This document shows positions 1 through 12,490 of a stretch of DNA of 64,000 nt, in pieces. The notes under the pieces are model-generated. The model was not told the DNA's origin and ran no database searches. It saw nothing but the letters and a program-made list of their open reading frames with translations. The first letter of the stretch is position 1; every line of letters begins with the position of its first letter. This DNA is from Hypanus sabinus (Eukaryota). A program made the translations under genes and the position numbers. Location of the stretch: assembly GCF_030144855.1 (NCBI RefSeq), contig NC_082722.1, positions 27,776,001-27,840,000 on the forward strand. The letters are read 5' to 3'.

Positions 1-1
1 A

Positions 2-123
2 CACGTGGACAACAACACGCTGGACGAAAAAGATGTGATATCATTAACGTACATCACAGTAATTGGCTGTGCGATCTCTGCCATCTCCTCAGCCATCACA
101 GTATTTCTTTACTGTGTGGTGAG
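2..123 (+). CDS. Adhesion GPCR (ADGRG1/3/5-like) exon: end of stalk plus TM1, partial at window edge
   Basis: Frame from nt 2 reads HVDNNTLDEKDVISLTYITVIGCAISAISSAITVFLYCVV(R), matching the L-x-Y-I-T-x-x-G-C-x-x-S TM1 pattern of ADGRG receptors; ends in a consensus donor AG|GTGAGT at 124 (phase 2). Confidence 0.75.
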
Positions 124-472
124 GTGAGTGACCCCATCCAGTGAGATCTGTGGGAGCATCACTGATCAGACTGCACCTGTCGTAACCTCAGTCCACTCAG
201 GAGTTTGTGTGCTTCACAGATCAGTCTCTGCTGTGAACCTTCTAATTATATCTACATGGAGCAGTAAAGAAATGGACACTGATTATTTATCACTCACACT
301 GTCACTAACTATCTCTGTATAAATTACCCAACAAAGACCCTGACAGTAACTACAGATTACCAAGCACCGACATTACATTACAAACCAGTTAATGGCTAAG
401 CTGATTCCTTTACAACCCAAGGGTGTTGACAGTGGTGTCCTCAGTGTTAAAAGCTGAATGCTCATTACTTAC

Positions 473-583
473 TGGATGCAGAATGCTAATTGAGGACATC
501 TGCACTGGAATAAGGTTACAGCCAATGGCATACTCCTTGTGTGCCACCGCCTGTAACCCAGCTGTGTCCCCCTTGCCTGATCA
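473..583 (-). other. Candidate antisense 111-nt exon, coding status unknown
   Basis: On the - strand, acceptor ctttggtttaacag| and perfect donor |gtaagt; one frame is open (DQARGTQLGYRRWHTRSMPLAVTLFQCRCPQLAFCI); no recognised homology. Confidence 0.25.
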
Positions 584-811
584 CTGTTAAACCAAAGGGG
601 TAATTAATTCCTTTACCTCCTGGCTCCTATTTCCAGTGTGGATCCCACACAAGCACAACAAAAGCCTCGGTGATGTCTCCAGGATTGCTGATGAAGTGTT
701 TAACTGTGTGAAACACTCTGGAGGAGCTCGGCACCACAGTGGCTCGTGGTCACTGCACTCTACAGAATGTAGCTCAGCCTCTCAATTCAGAGTCTCAAAG
801 GGCTGGGCAAC

Positions 812-893
812 AGGAGCAATGGGAGCAAGGGAGGGAGAGGAGGAAGGGGGAGAAGCAGGGGAGGAGAAGGAGAAGGGAAGAATGGCAGAAAGG
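812..893. repeat. Polypurine (GA-rich) low-complexity tract
   Basis: Almost entirely G/A on the + strand. Confidence 0.7.
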
Positions 894-1109
894 GGACATT
901 CAGAGTCAATTTCTAGTAATTTTGTCTTTGCACTGAACTGCTGCTGACAAACAGCTGATTTCATGTCATGTGATAATAAATTTAACTCTGAATTAAACAG
1001 TTTTCTACAGCCTTGCACATTGTCCTTGAATTGTTCTTGATTTTTTTTATTAACAGATTTTGCACGGGGAGCATTCTCCAAATTTGAGGTCAAAATTTGG
1101 AAGCATGAT

Positions 1110-1745
1110 AATAGAATTCAAGGGAATGTAGATGATTTGGAGAAATGGGATGATATACGCTGGATTAAATTTAATCCAGAAAATTGTAGTGTAAATTCCA
1201 ATAGGAAATGCAATAAAAAGAGCACAATTTTGAAAGCACAGTAGAGAAGTAGTGATAAAGGAGTGTAGTGTATAAATCATTTAAAGCGGCAGGACAGATA
1301 ATGAATGTAGTTTAAAATAAAAGCCTGGTATTCTGGACTTTATAAACACAGGCATACAGTTAAGGAGATCATGATGAATCTTCATCAAACACTGGTTATC
1401 CACAACTGTGCTCAATTTCAGGCACCTCCCCTCAAAAAACTATTACTGAACACCCTGCGGAGGGTACAAGATAGGTTTAAGGGAATGATTCCAGGGATGA
1501 AGGACTTATTTATTTTTCCTGGACAAATTGGGAAAGATAAGTTGTACCTGTTGGAAGAGAATGATCAGAACATAATTAGAGGTATTGAAAATCATGAAGG
1601 ATCTTCAGAATACAAAACGAAACTTTTCCTTTTGGTGGAGAGTAGTGAGGGAGAGCAAATGAAAAGAGGACTAGTTAAATTGTAATTGTATAGGGCTGGC
1701 ATGTTCTTGATGGGCTGAATGACCTGTTTCCCTACTGTAACCTTT
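1110..1745 (+). mobile_element. Highly degenerate CR1 LINE 3' fragments
   Basis: Remnants of the FNxxKC-V-H-G-xx-N motif and of the C-terminal ORF2 and 3' tail seen in younger CR1 copies in this window. Confidence 0.55.
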
Positions 1746-1893
1746 CTGATTGTGTGAATCTTAAAAGGGTGCTTTTATAATCGAATTTGAATCATCACAT
1801 ATATTTGTTTAATTAAGCTTGTAACAATTATGTATAGTAAAGTACCAAATTTCTTGTCTAAAGTTATTAAATAACTTTTTTAACTTCTCTCAG

Positions 1894-2277
1894 GAGTACC
1901 TTTACAACAGCAATACTGAAGTAGATCAACACAGAATGATCAACGTGAACTGGTGTAATAAGACAACTCAGACAAAAATTGTGTCCCTGAATAGAGCTGC
2001 TAAAAGCCGCAGTCCAGCTTCTTCACCTCGTAAAGCAAAAAAAAAGTAAAGTAAATACATTTGTTGGAGGGAAGCAAGTTAGTGAGGATTCCTGTGCTCC
2101 AGGCAATGAAGTATGTTTGGATGATTCAGGAAGTCCACCTCAAAAACGAACTGTCAAACCACATCATAACGGACAGAGAGAATCAGTGGTGTCCACAGAT
2201 AAATTAATTTTGTCCGTTAATGGATCAAAGCACGACACAGAGAAGGCTGGATTTTTGTCTAGTGCTGGTTCTAAAGG
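1894..2277 (+). CDS. Unidentified internal exon (Ser/Lys-rich, probably disordered) with a +1 frameshift in an A9 run
   Basis: Acceptor ttttttaacttctctcag| at 1893, donor AAG|gtaaaa at 2278. EYLYNSNTEVDQH...SPASSPRKAKK is open to the A9 run (2037-2045); the +1 frame (SKVNTFVGG...GFLSSAGSK) is then open to the donor. Long open frames are unlikely by chance in AT-rich DNA. Confidence 0.55.
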
Positions 2278-3006
2278 TAAAACACTACAGCTACATTTAA
2301 TAATTTAATTTTTTGGAGCCTAGAATCTGTACCGCAGCCCAAATGGCCTACGAGTTGAAGGATCATAAAGTTCTAAATCCTCAGGATTTTCAGCTCAAAA
2401 GCTTTCCTTAACGCCTGCATGTCTCATTTGAACCCAACAGAATGCAACTGTGTATTGGGCGAGAGATCAAAAATGAGAATTCCTCAGATTGGTTTCAGGT
2501 TGGCTTTATATTTTATACACGATCCTCTTTGGGAAAGGAATGACAAAGAGGATTGGTTCTCCCAGTTCAGAAATATAATATTTAGAGAGTAATTTAGTAG
2601 TGATGAAAAGTTTTAAAGCATTTCAATCATCCTTCTGCAAAAATTCAGTACAGCAGCAGGTGAAAATTGAGGACATGTTTGAAAGGAGCTGCAATCGCCT
2701 TGGGAGTACCACAAAAGAAACTGGTGCACAAAGATAATAATAGAGGAACTTTGGCATGGTTTGAAAGCTCATGTAGAATATCAAGAGCTGGAATAAATAG
2801 GTTGTTTTCAACCTGGAGGAATGTTAACTCATGAAGTATCTTGTGAAAAATGTAATGGGAGCAAAACACTGAACTCAATAATTATTCATATTTAACATGA
2901 CAATAAAGGGAGTACAAGGTGTTTGGTGGCATTGGTGCAGATCAGGAATATGATCTGTAACATATTTATTATAGCTTGCTTTATTTTAAATGGTTTGCCT
3001 TATATA

Positions 3007-3221
3007 GGTCCTCCCAGGTTATGGCTGAGTTCTGTTGCTATGAACTATTTTTAAACTGGACAATCAGCAGGTTGGAAAGGTTGCCATGAACCAAGTTCCC
3101 AGGCAACTGAAGATGTCTGCACCCTGCAGAAGTCAACAAACCCAAACCGCCAGTCTCCCATATGTTCCTTGAGTTGTACGGGTTGTACATAAATTGGGCA
3201 TTTGTAATCTAGGGGAAGACC
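3007..3221. mobile_element. Putative MITE / non-autonomous DNA transposon
   Basis: Imperfect terminal inverted repeats ggtcctcccaggtta ... taatctaggggaagacc. Confidence 0.4.
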
Positions 3222-4882
3222 CAAGTAATACTGAATAACTCAAGTCCCACTTAGCTTCCTCTGACATACTTTTAGAAACTCAGGCAGTAGAACTGATGCA
3301 TACTTTGCATTTGTTTGTAAGTAAAATGAACGGTATTTACTTTTTCATGAATCACCTGAAGCAGATCAGTTTTTTTGTTAAATTTGCTTCCTTCCCAGGA
3401 ATTGCAGAATTCAACTCTGTAAAAAGATTTATTTTAATGTAGACTTTTGTGAATGTGTTTCCTTTATTGCGGTTTGTCTTTTGCACTAGAATAGATATGA
3501 ACAAAAACAAACATCTCATTGTGTAACTTATACCGCATGTATATTAAGAGGATATTTCTGGGCTGAATGGAAAAGTTATTAACAAGGTAAAAATTTATAG
3601 TGTGCAATGATTCTGCTGTTTAATGGAGTTAAATGTCATACAGTACAAACATTAATCCAGCCTTAAGTTTACAATGTTGTATTGATCCTCAATCAATTCT
3701 ATTCCCTTTGTTTCTCTCTTACATAAATTTATCAACCCCATTCCCTTGCAATTCTCCTACCACTTGCCTACACGATGGATAATTTACATTTGCTACTTAT
3801 TCTTCCATATAGCTATTCTTCAACTCTATTTTTTTCCGGTTCTGAGATATTTAATGACGCCAGTGCTGAAACTCTTCTGTGCAGCAGTGATGTCTGCACC
3901 TTCCGCTGCTTACAACTCCCAATGTCTACTCTCAAGAACAGTTCTTTCCGACCAAAATATTAACTGCTTAAAATTTAGTTTTCAAAGGAGTTGGAGCTGG
4001 AACTGAATGATCTCTGAATCATTAGGAAGGCTGAGGATGATGATAGATAGGGCATATAGAGAGGTAGAGGTGCAGGATACAGGAGACTGGATGACAGTCA
4101 GGAAGGGAAAGGTGGTTAAACAGCTGATGTAAAGTACCCCTGTGGCCATTCCCCTTCCCCAACCACAGGTATACCAATGTTGCAGAGGAAAATCACAGTG
4201 GTCAGGTCTTTGGCACTGAGTCTGGCTCTGCGACTTAAGGGAAGTTTGGGTAGGTAGGGTGGGGGGAAGAGCTGAGCGGTGGTGATAAGGAATTCGTTAA
4301 TTAAGGGAAGAGAAAGGCGGTTCTATGGACGAGGATGAGATTCCCATATAGTATGTTGCCTCCTGGATGCCAAGATCTGGATCCTCTCAGAACGAGTTCT
4401 CTACAGAGAGGACCTCTACAGAAGAGACGGTTTGCTAGTGCTGCAGGGAGGAATTTAAACTAGAGTTACAGGGGATGGGGATTAGAGTGCCAGAACAAAT
4501 AGTGGAGTGGATGTGAAGTCAGATGTTGGTAAGAACTCAGACAAACTCAGGAACCAAGAAGTTGAACATGGTGTGACCAATGTTCAGAACTGCAAATATG
4601 TTTAGCAAGGAATTGTGTAGGAAAGGCAGATGAGCTCAGGATATAGATCCAACACATGGAATTAAGTTATTGTAGCCATTGGTGAGACTTGGTTGCAGGA
4701 GAGGCAGGACTGGCAGCTCAATATTCCAGGGTTTCATTGTTTTAGGCTCAACAGGGTGGGAAGGGTTAAAGGGGGAGGGGAGGCATTACTTCAGGGAAAA
4801 TGTCACAACAGTGCTCCATCAGGCAGACTTAAGAACTCCTCTAGTGAGGCTTCGTGGGTGAAACTATGGAATAAAAAGGTAT

Positions 4883-5698
4883 AGTACAGGACTAGTGGGA
4901 AACCTTGTCACATTTTGCGAGCAGAATCATCTGCAGCTTAAAGTGAAAAAGACTAAGGAGCTGGTGATGGACTTGAAAAGGGCTAAGGCACCGGTGACCC
5001 CTATTTCCATCCAAGGGGTCAGTGTGGACTTAGTGGAGGATTACAAATACCTGGGGATACGAATGGACAATCAACTAGACTGGTCAAAGAACACTGAGGC
5101 TGTCTACAGGAAGGGTCAGAGCCGTCTCAATTTCCTGAGGAGACTGAGGTCCTTTAACATCTGCCGGACGATGCTGAGGATGTTCTACGAGGCTGTGGTG
5201 GCCAGTGCTATCATGTTTGCTGTTGTGCACTGGGGCAACAGGCTGAGGGTAGCAGACACCAACAGAATCAACAAACTCATTCGTCAGGTCAGTGATGATT
5301 TGGGGGGTGGAACTGGACTCTCTGATGGTGGTGTCTGAAAAGACGATGCTGTCCAAGTTGCATGCCATCTTGGACAATGACTCCCATCCACTCCATAATG
5401 TACTGGTTAGACACAGGAGTACGTTCCGCCAGAGACTCATTCCACTGAGATGTAACACTGAGTGTCATAGGAAGTCATTCCTACCTGTGGCCATCAAACT
5501 TTACAACTCCTCCCTTGGAGTGTCAGACACCTTGAGCCAATAGGCTGGTCTTGGACTTATTTCCACTTGGCATGATTAACCGATTATTATTTAATTATTT
5601 ATGGTTTTATATTGCTATATTTCTTCACAGTTCTTGGTTGGTGTGGCTGTAACAAAACCCAATTTCCCTCGGGATCAATAAAGTATGTCTGTCTGTAT
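4883..5698 (+). mobile_element. Rex1/Babar-type LINE 3' fragment nested in CR1
   Basis: ORF with L-x-V-x-KTKELV-x-D, YKYLG and RLNFLRRLRSF (DUF1891-like); tail aatttccctcgggatcaataaagtatgtctgtct; the host CR1 endonuclease continues on both sides. Confidence 0.85.
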
Positions 5699-6674
5699 GA
5701 GCACATCAATGGGGCTATGTTATAGACCACCCAAAAGTCCGCAGGATTTAGGAGACCAAATCTGTAGAGAAATCGGAGACCGTTGCAAGAAATATGAGGT
5801 TGTGGTAGTAAGTGATTTTAACTTTCCACATATTGTCTGGGACTCTAAAACTGTAAAAAGACTAGATGGGATGGAGTTTGTTAAATGTGTTCAGGGAAGT
5901 TTCTTTAATCAGTACACAGAAGTCCCTGTGAGACAGTCTGTGGTACGTGATCTCCTGTTAGGGAATGAGGCAGGTGCCAGAAGTGTGTGTAAGGGAACAC
6001 TTTGCATCTAGTGATCACAATGCCATTAGTCTCAAGGAACTATAGAAAAATGATAGCTTTCGTCTATGGTTTGAGATTCTGAATTGGAGGAAAGGCAATT
6101 TTGATAGCATCAGAAAGGATCTGGCAAGTGTGCATTGGGACATTCTGGCAAAGGTGTACTTGGTAGTTGGGAGGCCTTCCAAAAGTTAAATTTTGAGAAG
6201 ACATAGGTTGAATGTGCCTGTCAAAATAAAAGATAAAACTGACAAGTTCATGGAACCATGATTTCAAGAGATATTAAGTCCCTGGTTAAGAAAATAAAAG
6301 TGCATAGCAGGTATAGGCAAGTCGGAACACATGAGGTATTTATGGAATATAAGAAATTTAAGAGAATGTTTAAGAAATAAGTCAGCAGGGTAAAAGGATT
6401 GAGGATTCCCTAGCAGACAAGGTGAAAGAGTATCCTAAGGGATGCTACAGATATGTTAAGAGCAAGAGAATTGAAAGGGACAGAATTGGTACTATGGAGC
6501 CAAAAGAGATGGGGGAGATCTTAAATGGATTTTTTTTACATCTGTATTTACTTGGGATATGCGATATAGAAGTGAGTCAAAGCAGCAGTGAGGTCATGGA
6601 CCCTATGTAGTTTACAGAGGAGCAGTGGTTTTGCTGTCTTGATATAATTAGAGTGGACAAATCCCTAGGGCCTT

Positions 6675-6987
6675 ACGAGAAGGAACACTAAGAAGTAAGG
6701 CACTTCTGCCCTCCGCTAGACTGCAGGTCACCCTTGCACGAGGTGTAGCACCATGTGAAGCCATGGAGCAGGAGGTGATAGTTGTATGAGCAGCTAGACT
6801 TTACACATCCTGGTTATGTGACCACAGACCACTTGAGTTGATAATGGCTGGGGTCACCGGTCTTGTAACGGGACTGCCCAGAAGAAGGGCAAACAACTTC
6901 TGTCAAAAAATTTTCAAGAACATTCATAGTCATGACAGATGTAAGACCATGATCGCCCACATCATATGACATGGCACTAAATGATGA
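6675..6987 (+). mobile_element. RTE-related SINE / RTE 3' fragment nested in CR1
   Basis: cccagaagaagggcaaacaacttctg resembles the RTE-clade gaagaaggcaatggcaaaccact tail motif; short (atg)n end. Confidence 0.6.
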
Positions 6988-8809
6988 TTAGGGATAGTCA
7001 GAATGGCTTTATGCATGGTAGGTCATGTCTAACCAATCTTAAGAGTTTTTTTTTGAGGAAGTTACCAGGAAAGGTGATGAAGGCAAGGCAGTAGATGCTT
7101 TAACAAGGTATTTGACAAGATCTATCATGGCAGGTTGTTCAGGAAGTTTCAGTCGCTTGGCATTCAAGATGAAACAGTAAATTGGATTGGACATTGGTTT
7201 TGTGGGAGAGGCCAGAGTGTGATGGGAGATGGTTGCCTTTCTGACTAGAGACCTGTGTCTTGTGGATTGCTGCAGGGATTGGTGCTGGGTCTGTTGTTTG
7301 TCATCTATATCAATCATCTGGATAATAATTTTCTTAATTGGATCAGCAAGATTGGGGATGTAGTGAACAGCAAGGAAGACTATCAGAACTTGCAGAGGGA
7401 TCTGGACCAGCTCAACAAATAGACTTAAAAATGGTAGATGGAATTTAATACAGGCAAGTGTGATGTGGTGCAGTTTGGTATGAGCAACCAGTGTAGGTCT
7501 TAAAAAGAAAATGGTAAGATACTGAGGAGTGTGGGAAAACAAAAGGATCTGGGAATCCAGGTCCATAATTCATTGAAAGTGGTGGTGCAGGTAGGTAGGC
7601 TCAAAGGGAAGCTTTTAGCATGTTAGACATAAATAAATGAATACAGGAGATGGGATGTTGTGTTGATGTTGTATAAAATGTTAGTGAGGCCTGATTTGGC
7701 GTATTGTGTGCAGTTTTGATCACCTGCCTAGAGAAGATGTAAATAAGGTTGAAAAAATATAGAGACAATTTACAGGGATGTTGCCAGGACTGGAGGATCT
7801 GAGTTATAAAGAAAAATTGAACCAGTTAGGACTTTATTCCTTGGAATTATAGAAGATTGAGGGGAGATTTGAAAACGGTAAATGAATTTGAGAGGTATAG
7901 ATAGGATGAATGCAAGCAGTCTTTTCCCACTAAGGTTGGGTGGGGCTACAACTAGAGATAATTGGTTAAAGGTGAAAGGTGAGATTTTAAGGGGAACATG
8001 AGGGGAAACTTATTCACTTAGAGGGTTGTGGAACAATCGGCCAGCACAAGTGGTGCATGCGATTTTGATTTCAATGTTCAGGAGAAGTTTGGATACACAC
8101 ATGGATGGGAGGGCTACAATCCAGGTGCAGGTAAATGGGACTAGGCAGTTTACATGTTTCATTATGGACTAGGTGGGCCGAAGGGCCTGTTTCTGCGCAG
8201 TGTTTTTCTAAGACCATATGCATAAATCACAGGAATATCCATTAAGTAAACTACATTATTGGTTTATGAGAAAATGTAAAGCTATGGTGTAGTTAAGTTG
8301 ACTGAGTTCTCCTGATCTCTCATTTTGAAATTACTGGAGCTCCACATTATTTTCCATCCACTTGTTTGCCACAACTGATGGGTAAGTCTCCTCCTGGCGA
8401 CGTTATCTGAGAAAATCAACACCAAAGGTTACGTACATACTGTATTTATAAAGGAGCCTTTCCCTCTAATATCGCAGGAAAGTTTTGATACATTATGTCA
8501 TATTACGAATAAACACATTTTCTAACATATGCACTTGTTACAATAACTCTAACCAGACAATACTTACTGACAATTTTGCTGCAGATTGTATAATAAATTA
8601 TGAATGTTTGTTCACTTTTGCATGGCTGACTCTCTTATTGCAGCTCTCCCATCCAGTGAGAAATGAGATTGAATAACAGAAAAATTGTAGCTCACAAAAG
8701 TTTCTATAAATTGTGATTTGGACATGTGTGGTGTGTTAAATCTTGTAACTTTAAAACCTAAAACTAATTTAAAGGAAACAAAGAGACAGGAATAGGAGTC
8801 TAACTTCAC

Positions 8810-9351
8810 GTTTTACTTTATGTATGGCGCACATGTGTCATGTGATGGCATAATGATCTACGTCATTTATGTACTTTTACCAATAACCTGCAATGCACTA
8901 TGTAGATAACAAGGCTTAATTAAACAATATACAATATTATTCAAATACTACTGAATTATTAAATGCACAGCACTCCTCCCTGCTTAGCTATAAACTCTAA
9001 CTCAATATACAACATACTACAATACAACTAATATATAGACATTCACAGAATTGGCAATTTTAAATTGTACCTCTCAGGTCTAAAGAGTTAATTGCTATGG
9101 AAGTTTTCTTACTCTTGTGGGATAATGTCTGTCCTGACAAGCTTGTGGCTGTGAAACAGCCCCCTCTGCGTTGATTGTAGGAGTTGATTCTGAGAGTGCA
9201 GGAAGCGAGACACACACACGTCACATGGTGACTCGATGACATATGCCAGTTACATACTTTTACAGATAACCCACAATGCATTTTGTAAGCAACAAGAATG
9301 CTTAATCAAACAATACTTTTACAATATTACTGAAATGTTAAATACACAACA
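8810..9351 (-). mobile_element. Miniature Gypsy-type LTR remnant (two diverged ~160-bp LTR-like repeats, short internal part, PPT)
   Basis: Diverged direct repeats at ~8810-8969 and ~9185-9351; polypurine tract aagcagggaggagtg (reverse complement of 8971-8985) directly before the TG start of the downstream LTR. Confidence 0.5.
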
Positions 9352-9899
9352 TGGTGAGTTTAGAAATTAAAGAATAAATAACATTTACAGGTCCTTGGGA
9401 TAATTTTGAATGTGTCAGTATGTTGCAAATCATTGCAACTGTTGGGTATTTAAGTTCATGAAATCAGAATGTATCTTTGGAATGCTGTTGTAACTTGTTA
9501 TAATAGAAGTAAATGAGAAATGCAAACATATCAATATGTAATAAATTTTGATATGTTTGTCACAAGTTAACAAGTTGATAAGTCAATGGACTGTAATTAT
9601 TTAGATGGTTGGCTACACGACACTGGATTCATAATAAACGTCGACCATCCTCTCCTCCTAGGAAATGACGTCTACTCAGAGTTTTATACAGATAGTGTGT
9701 TGTATATGAAGTATTCCACGGACATAGGCACAAAGAGCTCTCATTTAGTATAAATCATTTACGATAAAGTTGCTATTTTTGGTTTGGTGAATTACACTGT
9801 TGGATCCTTTAGCATTCCTGACTTTGTATTAGCATGACAAAGCTAATTGTCTAGCTCTTAAAATATTGTTTTACTGTATTAAAGTATTTGGTTTTGATT

Positions 9900-10320
9900 C
9901 AAAATAGAGGTGGGTCTTTAAGATGCGTTCAGTTCCGAGGTTTTGATAAGAGGAAGTTAATTAAAAACTTTCCAACAGAGGAAGAACCAGTAATAAAAGG
10001 ACAAGGTTTAAAGATAACTGGCAAATTAATTAGAGATGACATGCATTGTTTCAAACACTCAGGATAACAAGGGATTTGTAGTTTGAATGAAAAAGGTGAT
10101 TTGAAGTAGAGAATCAGCTATTTTATTGAATGGCAGCATAGGTCATACCAGGCAACAATCTAATGCACTTCCTTTAAAGGTCGTGTTGATGAAGTCAATA
10201 AAAATACAGAAGAGAAATGGATTAATGTTTGAATAGGAAAATATTGTAATGCTTCTGGGAAAGATTTGAAATCTAACGTAGGATCAAAGAGCTAAATAAT
10301 ATGCCATCTGGCTCTTTAAA
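9900..10320 (+). mobile_element. Old CR1 3' fragment
   Basis: Degenerate LFP...TRGH-x-FK region. Confidence 0.45.
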
Positions 10321-10889
10321 TATATTTTCTAGGGAAGAATACTTAACAAGACATGCTCTTGTATAAAGGAATATTTTAAATTGCTCTGCTACATCCGTTG
10401 ATGTAGATACATACTATACCTAATGATATTGCTTCACCATCTTACTGTATTATCTAATTTATTTGCATTCACAATTAGACCGCTTTAAAGTAAGGGCATG
10501 CTAGATTAAATTGGGAGTTCATCATTGCACAATTTAGCAGTTTCACTATTTCTTCACAGCTGATGTACATTCCGGTCACTGAGAAAAGAGTGAAATCGTA
10601 GGTACTTTTTTATTTACTCCATGATAAAACCTTAACCTTGTTCACCTGAAGTAGTTTTTGGATATTCCATTTTATTTTATGCGGTAGTTTAAAAAAAAAC
10701 TCAATTTTTGTCTTGTAAGGTTTGTGAAAGCACTGTTTCCTCCTGGATTCCAGATTAATTTATGCCATAAACTGACTGTATTTGAACACCTGAAAGTCAG
10801 AACTAATAGCTTTAATTTGACCATCACAAGAATCATAGAGTACGAAAGCACAAAAATAGAGCCTTTTACTTCATGGCAAACTGTTACTT

Positions 10890-12490
10890 TGTCTACTCCA
10901 ATCGACCCACAGCTGGACCACACCTGCCTTCCTTATCTTTCCTATCGATGCAACTATCCAAGCTTTTCTTAAATGTTGAAATTAAACTCACATCCACCAC
11001 TTCTGCTGACAGCTCTTTCCACACTCACACCAACATTTGAATGTAGTTCTTCTTAAATATTTTGCCTTTCCCCTATCAAATCTCCCCACATTCCCCTGTG
11101 CTCCAAAGAATAAGAAGAACATTCAACCTTTCCCTATAACTAGGCTCTCAATTCCTGGCAAGATGCTTGTAAATTTTCTCTGTACTCTTTCATTTCAATG
11201 TTACTTCCCTGTAGTTTGGTGACAGATCTGTACACAATACTCCAAATTGGGCCTCACCAATGTTTTATAGAACTTCCTAACATCCCAAATTCAGTACTCT
11301 GTACTTTAACTTATTTTTATTTATTTAGAGATACCAGTACCAGGGGGCATGGATTGAGAATACGAGGTCAGTTATTTAAAACAGAGTTGAGGAAGAGCTT
11401 CTTCTCCCAGAGAGTTGTGGAGGTGTGGAATGCACTGCCTCCGAAGACGGTGGAGGCCAATACTCTGGATGCTTTCAAGAAAGAGCTAGATAGATATCTG
11501 ATGGATAGGGGAATCAAGGGATATGGGTACAAGGCAGGGACTGGATATTGATAGTGAATGATCAGCCATGATTTCAGAATGGAGGTGCAGACTCAAGGGG
11601 CCGAATGGTCTACTTCTGCACCTATTGTCTATTGTCTATTGTCTATTGATACAGTACCGAATAGGCTCTTTTAGCCCTTTGAACCGTGCCACCCAGGAAC
11701 CCGATTTAACCCTAGCCTGAATATATTGAACGCTCCCTTTACGACCCTATCTACCTGTGACGCCAGTTTCAAGGAATTATGGATCAGTATCCCAGATCCC
11801 TTGGCATCCTATTGTTCACTGTGTATGACCTACTATGACCTACCTTGGTTTGATCTCCCAAAGTGCAGCACCTTACCCTTGAATGCATTAAATTCCATCT
11901 GTTACTTTTTAGCCCATGTTTTCAGCTGGCTGAGACCCTGCTGTAAGTGTTGACAGCCTTTCACACATTCACTGTTGAAATTAAGCCATTTGCCATAAAC
12001 TAACATATCCCAATCTGCACTTGCTAGATCCTTTCTGATGCCATCAAAATTGGCCTTTCACCAATCCAGAATCTCAGTTTGAGGAATGTTCCTATCCTTC
12101 TCCATAATTATCTTGAAAATAATGGAATTATGATCACTAGATCCAAAGTGTTCCCCGATACATACACTTCTGTAACCTGTCCTATCTTGTTCCCTAATAG
12201 AAGATCGAATATTGTACTCTCTCTAGTTGGGATCTCTGTATATTGATCAAGAAAACTTTCCTGAACATATCTGACAAACTTTATCCTATTCATAATATGG
12301 AAGACCTAGTCAATATGTGGAAAGTTAAAATCCCCTAATGTCACATCTTATTTTTCTTGCACTGTCTGCTATCTCTCTACAAATTTATTCCTCTAAATAC
12401 CACCTTTGGATGATTTATAATAAAGTTCCATAAATGTAGTCATCCCTTTATTTATTCCTCAGTTCCAACAATATAGCTTCAATAGATGAG
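10890..12490 (-). mobile_element. Antisense CR1 fragments interrupted by a younger CR1 3' end
   Basis: Reverse-complement CR1 RT C-terminal and endonuclease motifs (e.g. ORF 12108-12293 FL-x-QY-x-x-x-PTRE...DLLLGN). Confidence 0.7.
11325..11648 (+). mobile_element. Young 5'-truncated CR1 3' end
   Basis: STRGHGLRIRG...FKKELDRYL...GIKGYG plus (attgtct)n tail, closely resembling the tail at ~27.4 kb. Confidence 0.85.

Larger units (their letters stand above)
4010..8210 (+). mobile_element. Degenerate CR1 LINE (ORF1 remnant, endonuclease, RT, 3' tail), interrupted by two insertions
   Basis: ETWLQE, YRPP, DFNFPHI and SPGP motifs, RT remnants and a ggccgaagggcctgtttct 3' end; many stops and frameshifts. 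Confidence 0.85.

Noticed and set aside
636-947. 103-aa ORF as the next GPCR exon
   Set aside because: Runs through the polypurine tract; the phase-2-compatible frame stops after 12 codons and has no TM2 similarity.
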